A DNA stretch of 64,000 nucleotides from Gloeobacterales cyanobacterium (GTDB lineage Bacteria; Cyanobacteriota; Cyanobacteriia; Gloeobacterales; PMM-0068), in assembly GCA_038245785.1 (NCBI GenBank), contig JBBRSB010000026.1:1-64000 (forward strand), written 5' to 3'. The position numbers were made by a program, and so were the translations under genes. The notes beneath the pieces were generated by a model, which was given only the letters and a program-made list of their open reading frames with translations, was not told the origin of the DNA and ran no database searches. Below are positions 1 to 10,065 of this stretch, one piece after another. Position 1 is the stretch's first letter; every line of letters starts with the position of its first letter.

Positions 1-138
1 GCTAAAAGTGTTTCGAATCCTAGCTGGACCGTATCGCAATCGACGACGGCGATTTGGATTGCGTTTGAATCTGATAGCAGGGATCTCCAATTTTGAACGC
101 TTCCTAAAAGTTCCAGCCTGATTCGTGCAAGAGCTCTA
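1..138 (+). mobile_element. Right end of an IS5-family (ISL2-like) insertion sequence: transposase C-terminus plus terminal inverted repeat
   Basis: Frame 2 (2..121) reads LKVFRILAGPYRNRRRRFGLRLNLIAGISNFERFLKVPA*, matching the typical cyanobacterial IS5/ISL2 transposase tail. It is followed by TTCGTGCAAGAGCTCTA (122-138), which resembles this family's terminal IR. Confidence 0.8.
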
Positions 139-139
139 A

Positions 140-478
140 TGCTTGCAAGTGCATTCTGTCATCACTTCAGAATTTATTCTTAATGAGTTAAAAGAAAAAT
201 TGACAGAGAAATTTAAATACTCTGATGAAGATGCTACTGCCGTTGAAGTGCTTTTACGCTCTAGGATGAGAGTAGTTGACCCAATTCTGCTGGAAAGCAG
301 CGTGTGTCGAGATCCTGACGATGATATAGTCCTGGCGACCGCGCTTACAGGCAGAGCTGCTTGTATTATTACTGGCGATAAGGATCTGCTGACTCTGAAA
401 AAGTTTGGCACAATCTATATCATAGCCCCTTCAGAATTTGAGGCTTATGAAGTGCAGTGTGGCACTGAATTAGAATAA
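140..478 (+). pseudogene. PIN-domain toxin, N-terminally truncated by the IS
   Basis: CRDPDDDIVLATA..A.CIITGDKDLL is the PIN motif. The N-terminal DTN motif is missing and the frame is closed by TAA (137-139) at the IS end. Confidence 0.8.
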
Positions 479-479
479 A

Positions 480-644
480 GAAGAGATTGTGTATGCCTTG
501 TCTGGAGAGTTGACCGCTGTTTCCCTAGAAGGTGAGTGCGTTGTGTCTGAAGGAAAATTTCTTGGCTTTCTCGCCAAGGAAGGCATCTGACACTTCGCCA
601 ACAATGATGGTCCTGAACCAGCGGTTTTGTCACTATGGCTCTAA
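480..644 (+). pseudogene. Cupin-domain gene 3' remnant
   Basis: Translates EEIVYALSGELTAVSLEGECVVSEGKFLGFLAKEGI*HFANNDGPEPAVLSLWL*, with cupin motif-like EE.VY.LSGE and G.F.GF...H...N. It has no start codon and one internal stop. Confidence 0.55.
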
Positions 645-2360
645 CTACAAGCCATAGAAATCTGGACCAGAACCTTCATAGGTTGGGTTTACCCGGAGAT
701 TCACGCGAGGGCAGACGATTTCGCAGGTTCGGCATTGGATACAGTTTTCCAAAGACATGCCATGTACTCTTCCATTTTCAAAAGCATCAATTCGATGGAC
801 TTCTGCAGTGCAGTCAGAAACACAAGGAGTGGTCCGTCCTAGCTTGTCATAGGTTGCAATGCATTCCTGACAGGTAGAAGCACTGAATTCTTCAATGTGA
901 CGATTGCCTTCATGATATTTTGGGGCCGCAAAGAAGACTGCATCTGGTCGGGTGTACAGCGTTTCAGGTGCAATTTGAGTGTTGATAGCGAGGGCCGTTG
1001 GATTAAACTCTGGCTTGATGCTCTCGTTGCAAGAAGTATAGGTAACGGGTTCTTCACTTTTCGTTTTTCCCAGAATCAGATTGAGGGCACGAATCGTATC
1101 GGTCGTCCGCTGGATTGGTTTACCCATTCCATACTGTAGGCTACCTAGCCAGGGATGTCCTTGGTCAACTTTGTTGGTTACGGCAGGCAGATATTGCTCG
1201 AGCAGGCGTCGATTTTCTAAGAAAGCTTCGCGGAAGTAACGACTGGTGTGGAGGTCTTGGCCAACAAAGCTATCTAGAACCTGCTGCTGATAGGACTCCA
1301 TCAGGGCAAAGTTTTTGGTCAAGAAGGTGTCATGGAGTAAATTAGCTGCGATATAACCTGTCTCCATCGCCCGGTCTACGCCGGAGAGACTGGCTACATC
1401 TAGAACCCCAAGAGCATCTCCTAACATCAACGCTCCGTCTACGGCAAAACGGGTAGGCAAACTATAGAAGCCTCCCTCGGGAATGACAGCGGCTCCATAC
1501 TTGCGCAGCTTTCCTCCTGCCAAAAGTTTCTGAATCCAAGGATGGCTCTTATAGTCTTGGAGGCGTTGCTGAGGATTGATATTTGGATTTTGACTGTCCA
1601 AGCTAACGATTAAGCCGAGGGCTAGTCGTTTGTGGGACATACCATAGACAAAACCACCACTGAAGGTTCCATCCAAAATCGGATAACCGAGGGTATGCCA
1701 TACTTGGCCCTGGTAATCTTCTTCGACTTCCCAAACTTCTTTTACGCCGACGGACCAGAGCTGTGGGTTGGGACGCAGATTGAACTTTGCGACAAGGTCC
1801 TTAGAGATAAAACCTTTATCACCAAAGCAAGTGTAATCGGCATAAACGGCATCATCACTGAGCGCTCCCGATTCACTGGCACGCACCCCAATCACCCGGT
1901 CTTGGTCATACAAAATTTCGTGAGCTGCAAAACCAGGGAATAAATCCAATTGAACATTGGGAATTTCCTTAGCTTTGGTCTGCAAGGCATCAGCTAACCA
2001 ACGAATCACATGGCTCAAACTGAGGATGGCATAGCCCTCTTTTTTGAATCCTTTAGGGACTATTTTTTCAGGCAAATCCCATTTCTTATCAGACCCTAAA
2101 ACACTCAACTGACTCTCGCGAACAAACCCTTCGAGGGGGAAGCCATTTTCTTTATAATCAGGAAACAATTTGGCAATCACATGGGGATTAGAAATCGCTC
2201 CACTGACAATGTGTGCGCCAAACTGTTGGCCTTTTTCTAAGATCGCTATCGATATTTTCAGACCGCTCAGTTTAGCTAAATCTAAGAGGCGATGGGCCAG
2301 AATCAAGTTAGAAGAACTGCCCCCAACGAGCAGCAGATCATAATGTATAGGTGAGGACAT
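645..2360 (-). CDS. ETF:quinone oxidoreductase (FixC-like) with fused C-terminal ferredoxin (FixX-like)
   Basis: FAD-binding start (YDLLLVGG), LEKG..FGAHIVSGA, GVKEVWEV and IPEGG motifs. C-terminal Cys motifs CQEC..PCVSDC and CIQCRTCEIVCP. Confidence 0.88.
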   Translation of the reverse strand: MSSPIHYDLLLVGGSSSNLILAHRLLDLAKLSGLKISIAILEKGQQFGAHIVSGAISNPHVIAKLFPDYKENGFPLEGFVRESQLSVLGSDKKWDLPEKIVPKGFKKEGYAILSLSHVIRWLADALQTKAKEIPNVQLDLFPGFAAHEILYDQDRVIGVRASESGALSDDAVYADYTCFGDKGFISKDLVAKFNLRPNPQLWSVGVKEVWEVEEDYQGQVWHTLGYPILDGTFSGGFVYGMSHKRLALGLIVSLDSQNPNINPQQRLQDYKSHPWIQKLLAGGKLRKYGAAVIPEGGFYSLPTRFAVDGALMLGDALGVLDVASLSGVDRAMETGYIAANLLHDTFLTKNFALMESYQQQVLDSFVGQDLHTSRYFREAFLENRRLLEQYLPAVTNKVDQGHPWLGSLQYGMGKPIQRTTDTIRALNLILGKTKSEEPVTYTSCNESIKPEFNPTALAINTQIAPETLYTRPDAVFFAAPKYHEGNRHIEEFSASTCQECIATYDKLGRTTPCVSDCTAEVHRIDAFENGRVHGMSLENCIQCRTCEIVCPRVNLRVNPTYEGSGPDFYGL

Positions 2361-3426
2361 TGGCTTCGCCTGCCTTACTAATATTTGAGGGTGTACCTTG
2401 CTTTAATTGCTGAATCATTTCGGGAATGATCTGATAGAGATCGCCGACAATGCCGTAGTGCGCAAACTTAAATATCGGAGCATTGGCATCGCGATTGATA
2501 GCAATAATGGTGGCCGACTTATCCATTCCTACCCGATGCTGAATCGCTCCAGAAATACCACAGGCAATGTAGAGCTTGGGCCGGACGGTTTTTCCAGTCT
2601 GCCCGACTTGGTGAGCATGGGCAATCCAACCGGAATCGACGGCTTTGCGGGAAGAGCCGACAGCACTATTCTCAAAGCAGCTAGCTAATTCATGGATCAG
2701 GCCAAATCCTTCCGTGGAGCCTAGACCATAACCACCGGACACAATTACATCGGCCTTGGCAAGTTCAACGCTCTCAGAAACCGCTCTCAAGGTCTCCAGC
2801 ACAACCAGTCCAAGATCTTCTGCCTGCAGAACTACTGGGATTTCTTGAACAGCACCCTGGCGCGCAGTGTCAACGGGCAATGCAATCATCACGCTTGGCC
2901 GAACAGTAGCCATTTGCGGATTTTTCCAAGGACCGAGGATCCGAGCTTTTAAGGATTCCCCAAAGCTTGGACGGATGGCGTAGAGACAGTTCTCATACAG
3001 TCCTACTTTCGTCGGGTCTAGAGCGCTGGTGTGCTCGTAGGGGCCAATATCTAGTTCTGTGCAATCGGCAGTCAACCCTGTTTCAAGATAAGCAGCAATG
3101 CGGGGGGCCAAATCTCTGCCCGTCGTGGTGGAGCCCAAAAGGATGATGTGTGGGGGTTCTTCCATGGACGCGATTAGGTCAATGAATACCCGACGGTAAG
3201 GCAAGGTTCGATAGGTCTCCAGGGCAGGATTATCGGCAATGTAGACGAGATCGGCCCCTCCAGCAATTAACAGCGACGGCAGATGGGTAATGGTATGTCC
3301 CATAACCACACAGCTCAGGCTGGCACCCAATTTATCGGCCAGTTGGCGTCCGGCTCCCAGTAGCTCTAAAGCGACGGGGCGGAGCTCACCAGCGGTTTGT
3401 TCAGCGAAGATCAGGACCTGCTTCAT
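2338..3426 (-). CDS. etfA: Electron transfer flavoprotein alpha subunit (FixB/EtfA)
   Basis: GLTADCTEL, RPSFG, PQMATVRP, QVGQTGKTVRPKLYIACGISGAIQH. The start MKQVLIFAE (3426) was chosen over the ORF-track start 3438. Confidence 0.95.
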   Translation of the reverse strand: MKQVLIFAEQTAGELRPVALELLGAGRQLADKLGASLSCVVMGHTITHLPSLLIAGGADLVYIADNPALETYRTLPYRRVFIDLIASMEEPPHIILLGSTTTGRDLAPRIAAYLETGLTADCTELDIGPYEHTSALDPTKVGLYENCLYAIRPSFGESLKARILGPWKNPQMATVRPSVMIALPVDTARQGAVQEIPVVLQAEDLGLVVLETLRAVSESVELAKADVIVSGGYGLGSTEGFGLIHELASCFENSAVGSSRKAVDSGWIAHAHQVGQTGKTVRPKLYIACGISGAIQHRVGMDKSATIIAINRDANAPIFKFAHYGIVGDLYQIIPEMIQQLKQGTPSNISKAGEANVLTYTL

Positions 3427-3450
3427 AACAAAGAGCACCTTAATAACTAA

Positions 3451-4272
3451 CTAACGTTGAACAAGCTCTGCAAGGGAAATATCCGTCAATAGTCCAGAAA
3501 CCATAGTATCTATGGACTTTCCTTGAAACAGCACACATTTACCCCCTATCTCTCCCACTTTTTCGGTGGCAGCAACAATCGTCGGCGAACCTTTCAATCC
3601 ACAGCGGACGGGGTCTGCCTGGATGTCATCCAGAGAAACAGTTCGGATGACCTGATTGCGCTCGACTTCATCGCGCTGAAGTTGGTGCACTCTCTGCACG
3701 CCTCGGAGGGTTTTATAGGCCAAGCGATGAGCGGAGTTGGCCACGGTGACGACAGAGGGCAACGGACATTCGACCACCTGAGTCCCGGATTCAGTGACCC
3801 GACGAGCAATCAGCTTGTCTCTTTGGACCTCAAAGGATTCGCAGTAGGTCACCTGAGGAACTTGTAGCCGTTCTGCAAGCTGGGGGCCCACTTGTGCGGT
3901 ATCTCCATCGGTGGTCTGGAGACCACAAAAGACCAAATCAAAAGCTCCGGCATAACGCACTGTATTGTAGAGGGCGTAGGCCGTTGCCAAGGTATCAGAA
4001 GCTGCTAAACGGCGGTCACAGAGATGTACGGCTCTGTCTACGCCATGGGCAATGGCTTCGTAGAGAATCTCAATCGCGGGAGGAGGCCCCATGGTGATCG
4101 CGGTCACGGTCGCTCCGTAGAGCCGCTTCGTCTGTAGAGCCGCTTCTAAGGCAAAACAGTCGAAGGGGTTGAGCATCCTTTTCGCTTTTGCTCGGTCGAT
4201 GGTGCCGTCAGCATTCACCCCAGCCTTGGCGCTTTGGTCCGGTACCTGCTTGATTAATACAAAACTGTTCAT
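3451..4272 (-). CDS. etfB: Electron transfer flavoprotein beta subunit (FixA/EtfB)
   Basis: IKQVPD, NPFD, SDTLATAYAL, QTTDGDTAQVGPQLAE, GLKGSPT. Confidence 0.95.
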   Translation of the reverse strand: MNSFVLIKQVPDQSAKAGVNADGTIDRAKAKRMLNPFDCFALEAALQTKRLYGATVTAITMGPPPAIEILYEAIAHGVDRAVHLCDRRLAASDTLATAYALYNTVRYAGAFDLVFCGLQTTDGDTAQVGPQLAERLQVPQVTYCESFEVQRDKLIARRVTESGTQVVECPLPSVVTVANSAHRLAYKTLRGVQRVHQLQRDEVERNQVIRTVSLDDIQADPVRCGLKGSPTIVAATEKVGEIGGKCVLFQGKSIDTMVSGLLTDISLAELVQR

Positions 4273-4403
4273 GTAAAAAGTTTTTTGATAAAGTCAAGGC
4301 CTACTCTAAGATGCTAGGCTGATCCCCTTTGGATGAGCTTTATCTTTAACTTATTTTATAGATTGCCAAGAGGTAAATCATTAGATTGAATATCGCTATA
4401 ACC

Positions 4404-5459
4404 TTAGGAGACCAGGCTTACGCGGTCTTTAAGGAGTAAAGCCGAAGGGATGTTTTGAAGAATCCAAGGCGCTAATTCTTGACCCGTAATTAGTGACAGA
4501 ATCACCCCGTTGCGGAAATGTCCTGTAGCCACCCAAAGATTTCCTAAGGTTGTGTGGGGACCTATAACAGGAAAATCATCACTGGCCCTGGGACGCAGCC
4601 CTCCCCAATAGGTGAGCAGAGGAAACTGGGAGATTTCAGGAACCGCTTTCGAGGCACGAGCCAGAATGCCCAAAGCTCCTTCCACCGTTACCGACTCGTC
4701 ATAGCCAGCATCTTCTACCGTGCTGCCCAACAAGATGCGGCCATCAAGCTTTGGTCCTAGGTACGTATCACCTGGAGCATAAACTACCTGAGAGAGCCAA
4801 CTAGGCGGCGTTTGAATAACGATGATTTGCCCTCGCGCTGGACGAATCGCAGTCTCTAGCGGGGCAAGATTCCCAGCCCAGCTTCCTGTACAATCCACTA
4901 CTTGGTCTGCATAAAACATCCTCTCTCCTGCCTGGACACCGACGACCTTTTGCTGCTGAATCAACAACTGATCAACCTGCATGTTCTCTAAAACCCGGAC
5001 GCCCAAAGTAGCAATCAGTTTGGCAAGACCCTGGGTATATCGCTTGGCATCCAAACAAGGAACCTGGGGGTACAAAAGGGCATGGTTTATATCGGGATTG
5101 AGTTGGGGGACGAAGGCTAAAGCTTCCTCTGGGGAAAGTTTTTCAATACCTTCTTCCAAGGGTTCACGCAGAGACTCATAAGAGACCGAGATTTTTCGAA
5201 TAGTTGGGTCATAGAGAGGGTCTATACCCGTCACTTCCTTTATCTGGTCGCAGACCGGGCCAAAGAGCTTTAGGCTAGCTTCTGCCCAATCTCGCACCGG
5301 GCGCTCGATGTGAAACGGGTCCAAAATGCCAGCAGCGGCTCCCGAAGCATGGCGAGCACAGGTATCCCGCTCCAAAAGCGTAACGGTAGCTCCTTTTTGG
5401 GCCAAATAGTAGGCAACTGCGCAACCAATGACTCCTCCGCCCAAAACCAAAACGTTCAT
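4404..5459 (-). CDS. thiO: Glycine oxidase ThiO / FAD-dependent D-amino-acid oxidase family
   Basis: GGGVIG, ASGAAAGIL, WGGLRP, ATGHFRNGVILS. Confidence 0.8.
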   Translation of the reverse strand: MNVLVLGGGVIGCAVAYYLAQKGATVTLLERDTCARHASGAAAGILDPFHIERPVRDWAEASLKLFGPVCDQIKEVTGIDPLYDPTIRKISVSYESLREPLEEGIEKLSPEEALAFVPQLNPDINHALLYPQVPCLDAKRYTQGLAKLIATLGVRVLENMQVDQLLIQQQKVVGVQAGERMFYADQVVDCTGSWAGNLAPLETAIRPARGQIIVIQTPPSWLSQVVYAPGDTYLGPKLDGRILLGSTVEDAGYDESVTVEGALGILARASKAVPEISQFPLLTYWGGLRPRASDDFPVIGPHTTLGNLWVATGHFRNGVILSLITGQELAPWILQNIPSALLLKDRVSLVS

Positions 5460-5566
5460 CGTGAAATTTCTAGGGGACCCTATCCTAATCCAAAAAAGAG
5501 AGCGGGTGTATCCTGCTCACGGGTCTGTGTGAAGATAGTTGCATCAAAACCGTCTGTGAATAGCCT

Positions 5567-7312
5567 ATGACCCGCTTATCCGAAAGTTTTTTCTTCACGC
5601 TCCGCGAAGAGCCTGCCGAAGCCGTAGCGATTAGCCATCGACTTTTGCTCAGGGCCGGATATATCCGCCCTGTCTTTGGAACGGCGGGCTTATATACCTA
5701 TGGACCTTTGTGCCTAAGGGTTCTAGAAAAAATTCAAGGAATTGTTCGCGAGGAGATGGATGCCACAGGCGCTCAAGAGTGTTTGTTACCGCAGTTGCAC
5801 CCGGCAGAGATGTGGCAGGAGTCTGGACGGTGGGCAGTCTATACCAGCGATGGCACCATGTTTACAGTCAGTGATGGCACGCGGGAATATGGTCTCGGTC
5901 CTACCCATGAAGAAGCGGTGTGCGATTTTGTACGCGGTGCCCTCAGTTCTTATCGACAATTGCCTTTTCAGCTCTATCAAATCCAAACAAAATTCCGCAA
6001 TGAAAAAAGGCCCCGCTTTGGCTTAATTCGGGGACGAGAATTCATCATGAAAGATGGCTATTCTTTCCACGATTCTGATGAAAGTTTAGATAAAACCTAT
6101 TGGCGCATGCATCAGGCTTATATGCAAATGTTCCAGCGCATTAGATTAAATTTTCGGCCTGTAGAAGCAGATTCTGGAGCGATTGGCGGATCTGGAAGTC
6201 ATGAATTCATGGCTCTAGCAGATATTGGTGAGGATACAATTCTCTATTGTGATCAAGCAGACTATGCCGCTAACGTCGAAAAAGCTTTATCCATACCTCC
6301 CCAAGCCATCATTAATGAAAGTTCTGGAGCGTTTGAGAAAGTAGTGACTCCAAGTATAAAAACAGTTGAGGAACAGGCTAAGCTCCTCAATATAGACCTG
6401 ACACAAATAGTGAAAAATGTCCTCTACATTATTACGTTTGCTAAAGGTGGCTCTAAACCTTGCTTAATTTCTATTCGAGGCGACCGTCAGGTTAATGAGA
6501 CTAAGCTCAAGAATCATTTGGATGCCTTAGACTTGCGCATGGCAACGGATGAAGATGTGTTAGAACTTACTGGTCTGAAGCCTGGTTATTTGGCTCCTGA
6601 TGTAAGCATTGAGAAGTGTATCCGTAGGGCTGATAAGACGGTGGAGTCTCTAGCTTATTTCTCTACCGGAGCCAATGAAAATGGCTATCAAGTCATCAAT
6701 GCACAGTGGGGTATCAATTATCCCTTGCCACAGGTCGTAGACCTCGATACGGCACAGGAAGGAGACTTTTGTCATCTAGCTCCTGCAAACAAGTTAGAGA
6801 GCGCACGCGGGATTGAGCTTGGTCATATTTTTAAGCTAGGAACAAAATATAGCAAGTCCATGAAAGTAGAGTTTTCTGATGAAAAAGGAAAACTTCAGCC
6901 TGCGATTATGGGTTGCTATGGAGTTGGAATTTCTCGTATTCCGGCTGCGGTGATTGAGCAGCATGAATGGCATGACGAAGCCGGTTTAATTTGGCCTTCT
7001 GCCATTGCACCTTATACCGTCATTTTAGTTCCAGCCAATGTGACAGAAGAAGCGCAACGGATTTGTGCAGAAAAGCTCTATCAAGAACTCACGACCCAAG
7101 GGATTGAGACTCTTCTAGATGATAGAGATGAACGAGCAGGTATCAAATTTAAAGATGCAGACTTGATTGGCATTCCCTATCGGGTAACGATTGGTCGAGA
7201 CCTCAAGGATGGCTTAGTAGAAATCAAAATTCGCAAGTCAGGAGAACTTGTTAAGGTAGCCCCAGAAAAAGTGTTTGATTTTCTAAGGGAAAAGTTATCT
7301 ATTCTTGAATAA
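5567..7312 (+). CDS. proS: Proline--tRNA ligase
   Basis: LGPTHEE, FRNEKRPRFGLIRGREFIMKDGYSF, GIELGHIFKLG, C-terminal anticodon-binding domain. Confidence 0.98.
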   Translation: MTRLSESFFFTLREEPAEAVAISHRLLLRAGYIRPVFGTAGLYTYGPLCLRVLEKIQGIVREEMDATGAQECLLPQLHPAEMWQESGRWAVYTSDGTMFTVSDGTREYGLGPTHEEAVCDFVRGALSSYRQLPFQLYQIQTKFRNEKRPRFGLIRGREFIMKDGYSFHDSDESLDKTYWRMHQAYMQMFQRIRLNFRPVEADSGAIGGSGSHEFMALADIGEDTILYCDQADYAANVEKALSIPPQAIINESSGAFEKVVTPSIKTVEEQAKLLNIDLTQIVKNVLYIITFAKGGSKPCLISIRGDRQVNETKLKNHLDALDLRMATDEDVLELTGLKPGYLAPDVSIEKCIRRADKTVESLAYFSTGANENGYQVINAQWGINYPLPQVVDLDTAQEGDFCHLAPANKLESARGIELGHIFKLGTKYSKSMKVEFSDEKGKLQPAIMGCYGVGISRIPAAVIEQHEWHDEAGLIWPSAIAPYTVILVPANVTEEAQRICAEKLYQELTTQGIETLLDDRDERAGIKFKDADLIGIPYRVTIGRDLKDGLVEIKIRKSGELVKVAPEKVFDFLREKLSILE

Positions 7313-7566
7313 CGAAATCTTGGTCCGTTATTTATACCCTCCGACTGAAGACACTTTTATCATTCCTCTTTAAACTAATGTTGTCTTGTGCACTACATAG
7401 TGACAGACTGTAAATAATAGAATTGAACAACATTTTCTGTTCTTGTGAAAGCCTATGGCTATTCAAAGGTAAATTTCGCTAAATTACCCGGATTAGGAAC
7501 CAATTAAGCCAAAAAAGACTCTAAAAGAATGTTTATGTGCTGTTGTCATAATGGGGAGGAGTGATT

Positions 7567-9987
7567 ATGTATGAGCTGATTCAGACCGTCTTAGCTGGAG
7601 ATGACCGGGCGGATCTACGCCAGTTTCTCAGCTCATTGAAGATGCTCCCCAAGCGTTACCTTCTGCGCAATGATGTCCTAAGTGCATTTACGAGTTACTG
7701 CAGCGAATCCGAAAAGCCTGAATCGTACTATAACTCCTCTGATCTGGGAAAACTCATCTACGATATCCAGGAACTTATCTTAGAGGGTGAAAGTTTTTGT
7801 CTAGTAGTCAGACCTCAGATCGCTCGTCAGGAAGTTTATCGAATTTTCGAAAATTTGACTGTAGAAAAGATGACTACTCAGGAGTTGCTGGACCTGAGGG
7901 ATCGCTTCGTCGGTCGCTCCCATCCTGAGGATGGCAATATTTTTGAGATTGACTTCCGCGCTTTTTATGACTATTCCCCGGTTATTCGTGACCCCAAAAA
8001 TATTGGCAAAGGAGTAGCATTTCTCAATCGCTATCTCTCTAGCAAATTTTTCCAAGACTCTCAGCAGTGGCTAGAAGCTCTATTTAAGTTCCTAAGCCTG
8101 CATCGCCATAATGGTTTCCAATTATTGATCAATGAACGGATTCAATCCCAACAGCAACTATCGGAGCAGGTCAAACGAGCCTTACGCTTTGTCAGTAGCC
8201 GTCCTGCCGATGAACCCTATGAGCAATTTCGGTTTGCTCTGCAAAATTTAGGGCTTGAGCCTGGTTGGGGAAACACGGCAGCTCGCGTTCAGCAAAGTTT
8301 GGAAATTCTTGACGAGCTCATCGACTCTCCCGATCACCAAATGCTAGAAGCCTTCTTGTCGAGATTACCGATGATTTTCAGGATTGTTCTGGTATCTCCC
8401 CATGGTTGGTTTGGTCAAGAAGGAGTGCTGGGACGGCCTGACACCGGAGGACAGGTCGTATATGTCCTCGATCAAGCTAAAAGTCTGGAGAAGCAACTCC
8501 AGGAAGATATTACGCTAGCTGGTTTGGATGTTTTAGAAATCAAGCCTAAAGTCATCGTTCTCACCCGCCTAATTCCCAACAGTGAAGGAACGCTTTGTCA
8601 TCAACGCCTTGAGAAAATTCATGGCACAACCAATGCCTGGATTTTACGGGTACCGTTCCGCGACTTTAATCCCAATCTCACCCAGAACTGGATCTCCCGG
8701 TTTGAAATTTGGCCTTATCTAGAAACTTTTGCCCTAGATGCAGAGCGAGAGCTGCTAGCAGAATTTCGAGGCAAACCAGACCTCATTGTAGGCAATTATT
8801 CCGATGGCAATTTAGTCGCTTTTTTACTGAGTCGCCGTTTGAAAGTTACGCAGTGCAATGTTGCCCATGCTCTAGAAAAATCTAAGTATCTATTTAGTGA
8901 CTTCTACTGGCAGGACCAAGAAGAAAATTATCATTTTTCCCTTCAGTTCACTGCTGATTTGATTGCGATGAATGCTGCCAACTTTATTGTTAGCAGTACC
9001 TACCAAGAAATTGTGGGAACTCCTGACAGCATTGGTCAGTATGAGTCTTATCGCAGCTTCACTATGCCTGAGCTCTATCATGTAGTGTCGGGCATTGAGC
9101 TATTCAATCCAAAATTCAATGTGGTGCCTCCAGGCGTTGATGAGATAACTTTTTTCCCCTACACCCGCACCGAGGAACGCATCCCGAATGTCCGTGAAAG
9201 AATTGAGGATTTACTTTTTACCCTAGATGATCCGGCCCAAGTATTTGGCAAACTAGACGATCCTAATAAGCGTCCACTCTTCTCTATGGCCCGTTTAGAC
9301 CGGATTAAAAACCTGACCGGATTGGCTGCCTGTTTTGGAAAAAGCAAAGAATTGCAGGAACGCTGCAATCTAATTTTAGTAGCAGGAAAATTGCGGGTAG
9401 AAGAGTCAACAGACCACGAAGAAATCAGCGAAATCCAAAAACTTTATCAGGTGATTGATGAGTACAACCTCCACGGTAAAGTTCGCTGGTTAGGAGTACG
9501 ACTCTCCAAGGCGGACTCTGGTGAAATTTATCGAACGATTGCCGATCATCAAGGAGTTTTCGTTCAACCTGCGCTCTTTGAAGCTTTTGGTTTAACTATT
9601 CTAGAAGCTATGATTTCTGGCCTGCCCACCTTTGCTACCCAATTTGGTGGACCTCTGGAAATCATTCAGAATCGCGCAAATGGTTTTTATATCAACCCCA
9701 CCCATTTGGAAGAAACGGCTGAGAGGCTTCTAGAGTTTATAAGTAAGTGTGACCATAATCCAAGTCATTGGGATGATATTTCTAAACGTTCTATAGAGCG
9801 GGTCTACAGTACCTACACGTGGAAAATTCATACCACTCGCTTACTTTCTCTCGCCCGCATCTATGGCTTCTGGAACTATACTTCAGAAGAAAATCGGGAA
9901 GACATGCTGCGCTATATCGAGGCTCTTTTTCACCTACTCTTCAAACCTAGAGCTAGGCATTTGTTAGAGCAACATATGCAGAGATGA
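7567..9987 (+). CDS. susA: Sucrose synthase (GT4)
   Basis: SPHGWFGQEGVLGRPDTGGQVVYVLDQ, AHALEK, QPALFEAFGLT; about 806 aa. Confidence 0.95.
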   Translation: MYELIQTVLAGDDRADLRQFLSSLKMLPKRYLLRNDVLSAFTSYCSESEKPESYYNSSDLGKLIYDIQELILEGESFCLVVRPQIARQEVYRIFENLTVEKMTTQELLDLRDRFVGRSHPEDGNIFEIDFRAFYDYSPVIRDPKNIGKGVAFLNRYLSSKFFQDSQQWLEALFKFLSLHRHNGFQLLINERIQSQQQLSEQVKRALRFVSSRPADEPYEQFRFALQNLGLEPGWGNTAARVQQSLEILDELIDSPDHQMLEAFLSRLPMIFRIVLVSPHGWFGQEGVLGRPDTGGQVVYVLDQAKSLEKQLQEDITLAGLDVLEIKPKVIVLTRLIPNSEGTLCHQRLEKIHGTTNAWILRVPFRDFNPNLTQNWISRFEIWPYLETFALDAERELLAEFRGKPDLIVGNYSDGNLVAFLLSRRLKVTQCNVAHALEKSKYLFSDFYWQDQEENYHFSLQFTADLIAMNAANFIVSSTYQEIVGTPDSIGQYESYRSFTMPELYHVVSGIELFNPKFNVVPPGVDEITFFPYTRTEERIPNVRERIEDLLFTLDDPAQVFGKLDDPNKRPLFSMARLDRIKNLTGLAACFGKSKELQERCNLILVAGKLRVEESTDHEEISEIQKLYQVIDEYNLHGKVRWLGVRLSKADSGEIYRTIADHQGVFVQPALFEAFGLTILEAMISGLPTFATQFGGPLEIIQNRANGFYINPTHLEETAERLLEFISKCDHNPSHWDDISKRSIERVYSTYTWKIHTTRLLSLARIYGFWNYTSEENREDMLRYIEALFHLLFKPRARHLLEQHMQR

Positions 9988-10065
9988 TTTATCTTTCTTC
10001 TAAGAATTTCTGATTAGCACTCCCTACTATTGCTTGATGGTATCAGTCGCCCTTCCTACAAAGAG

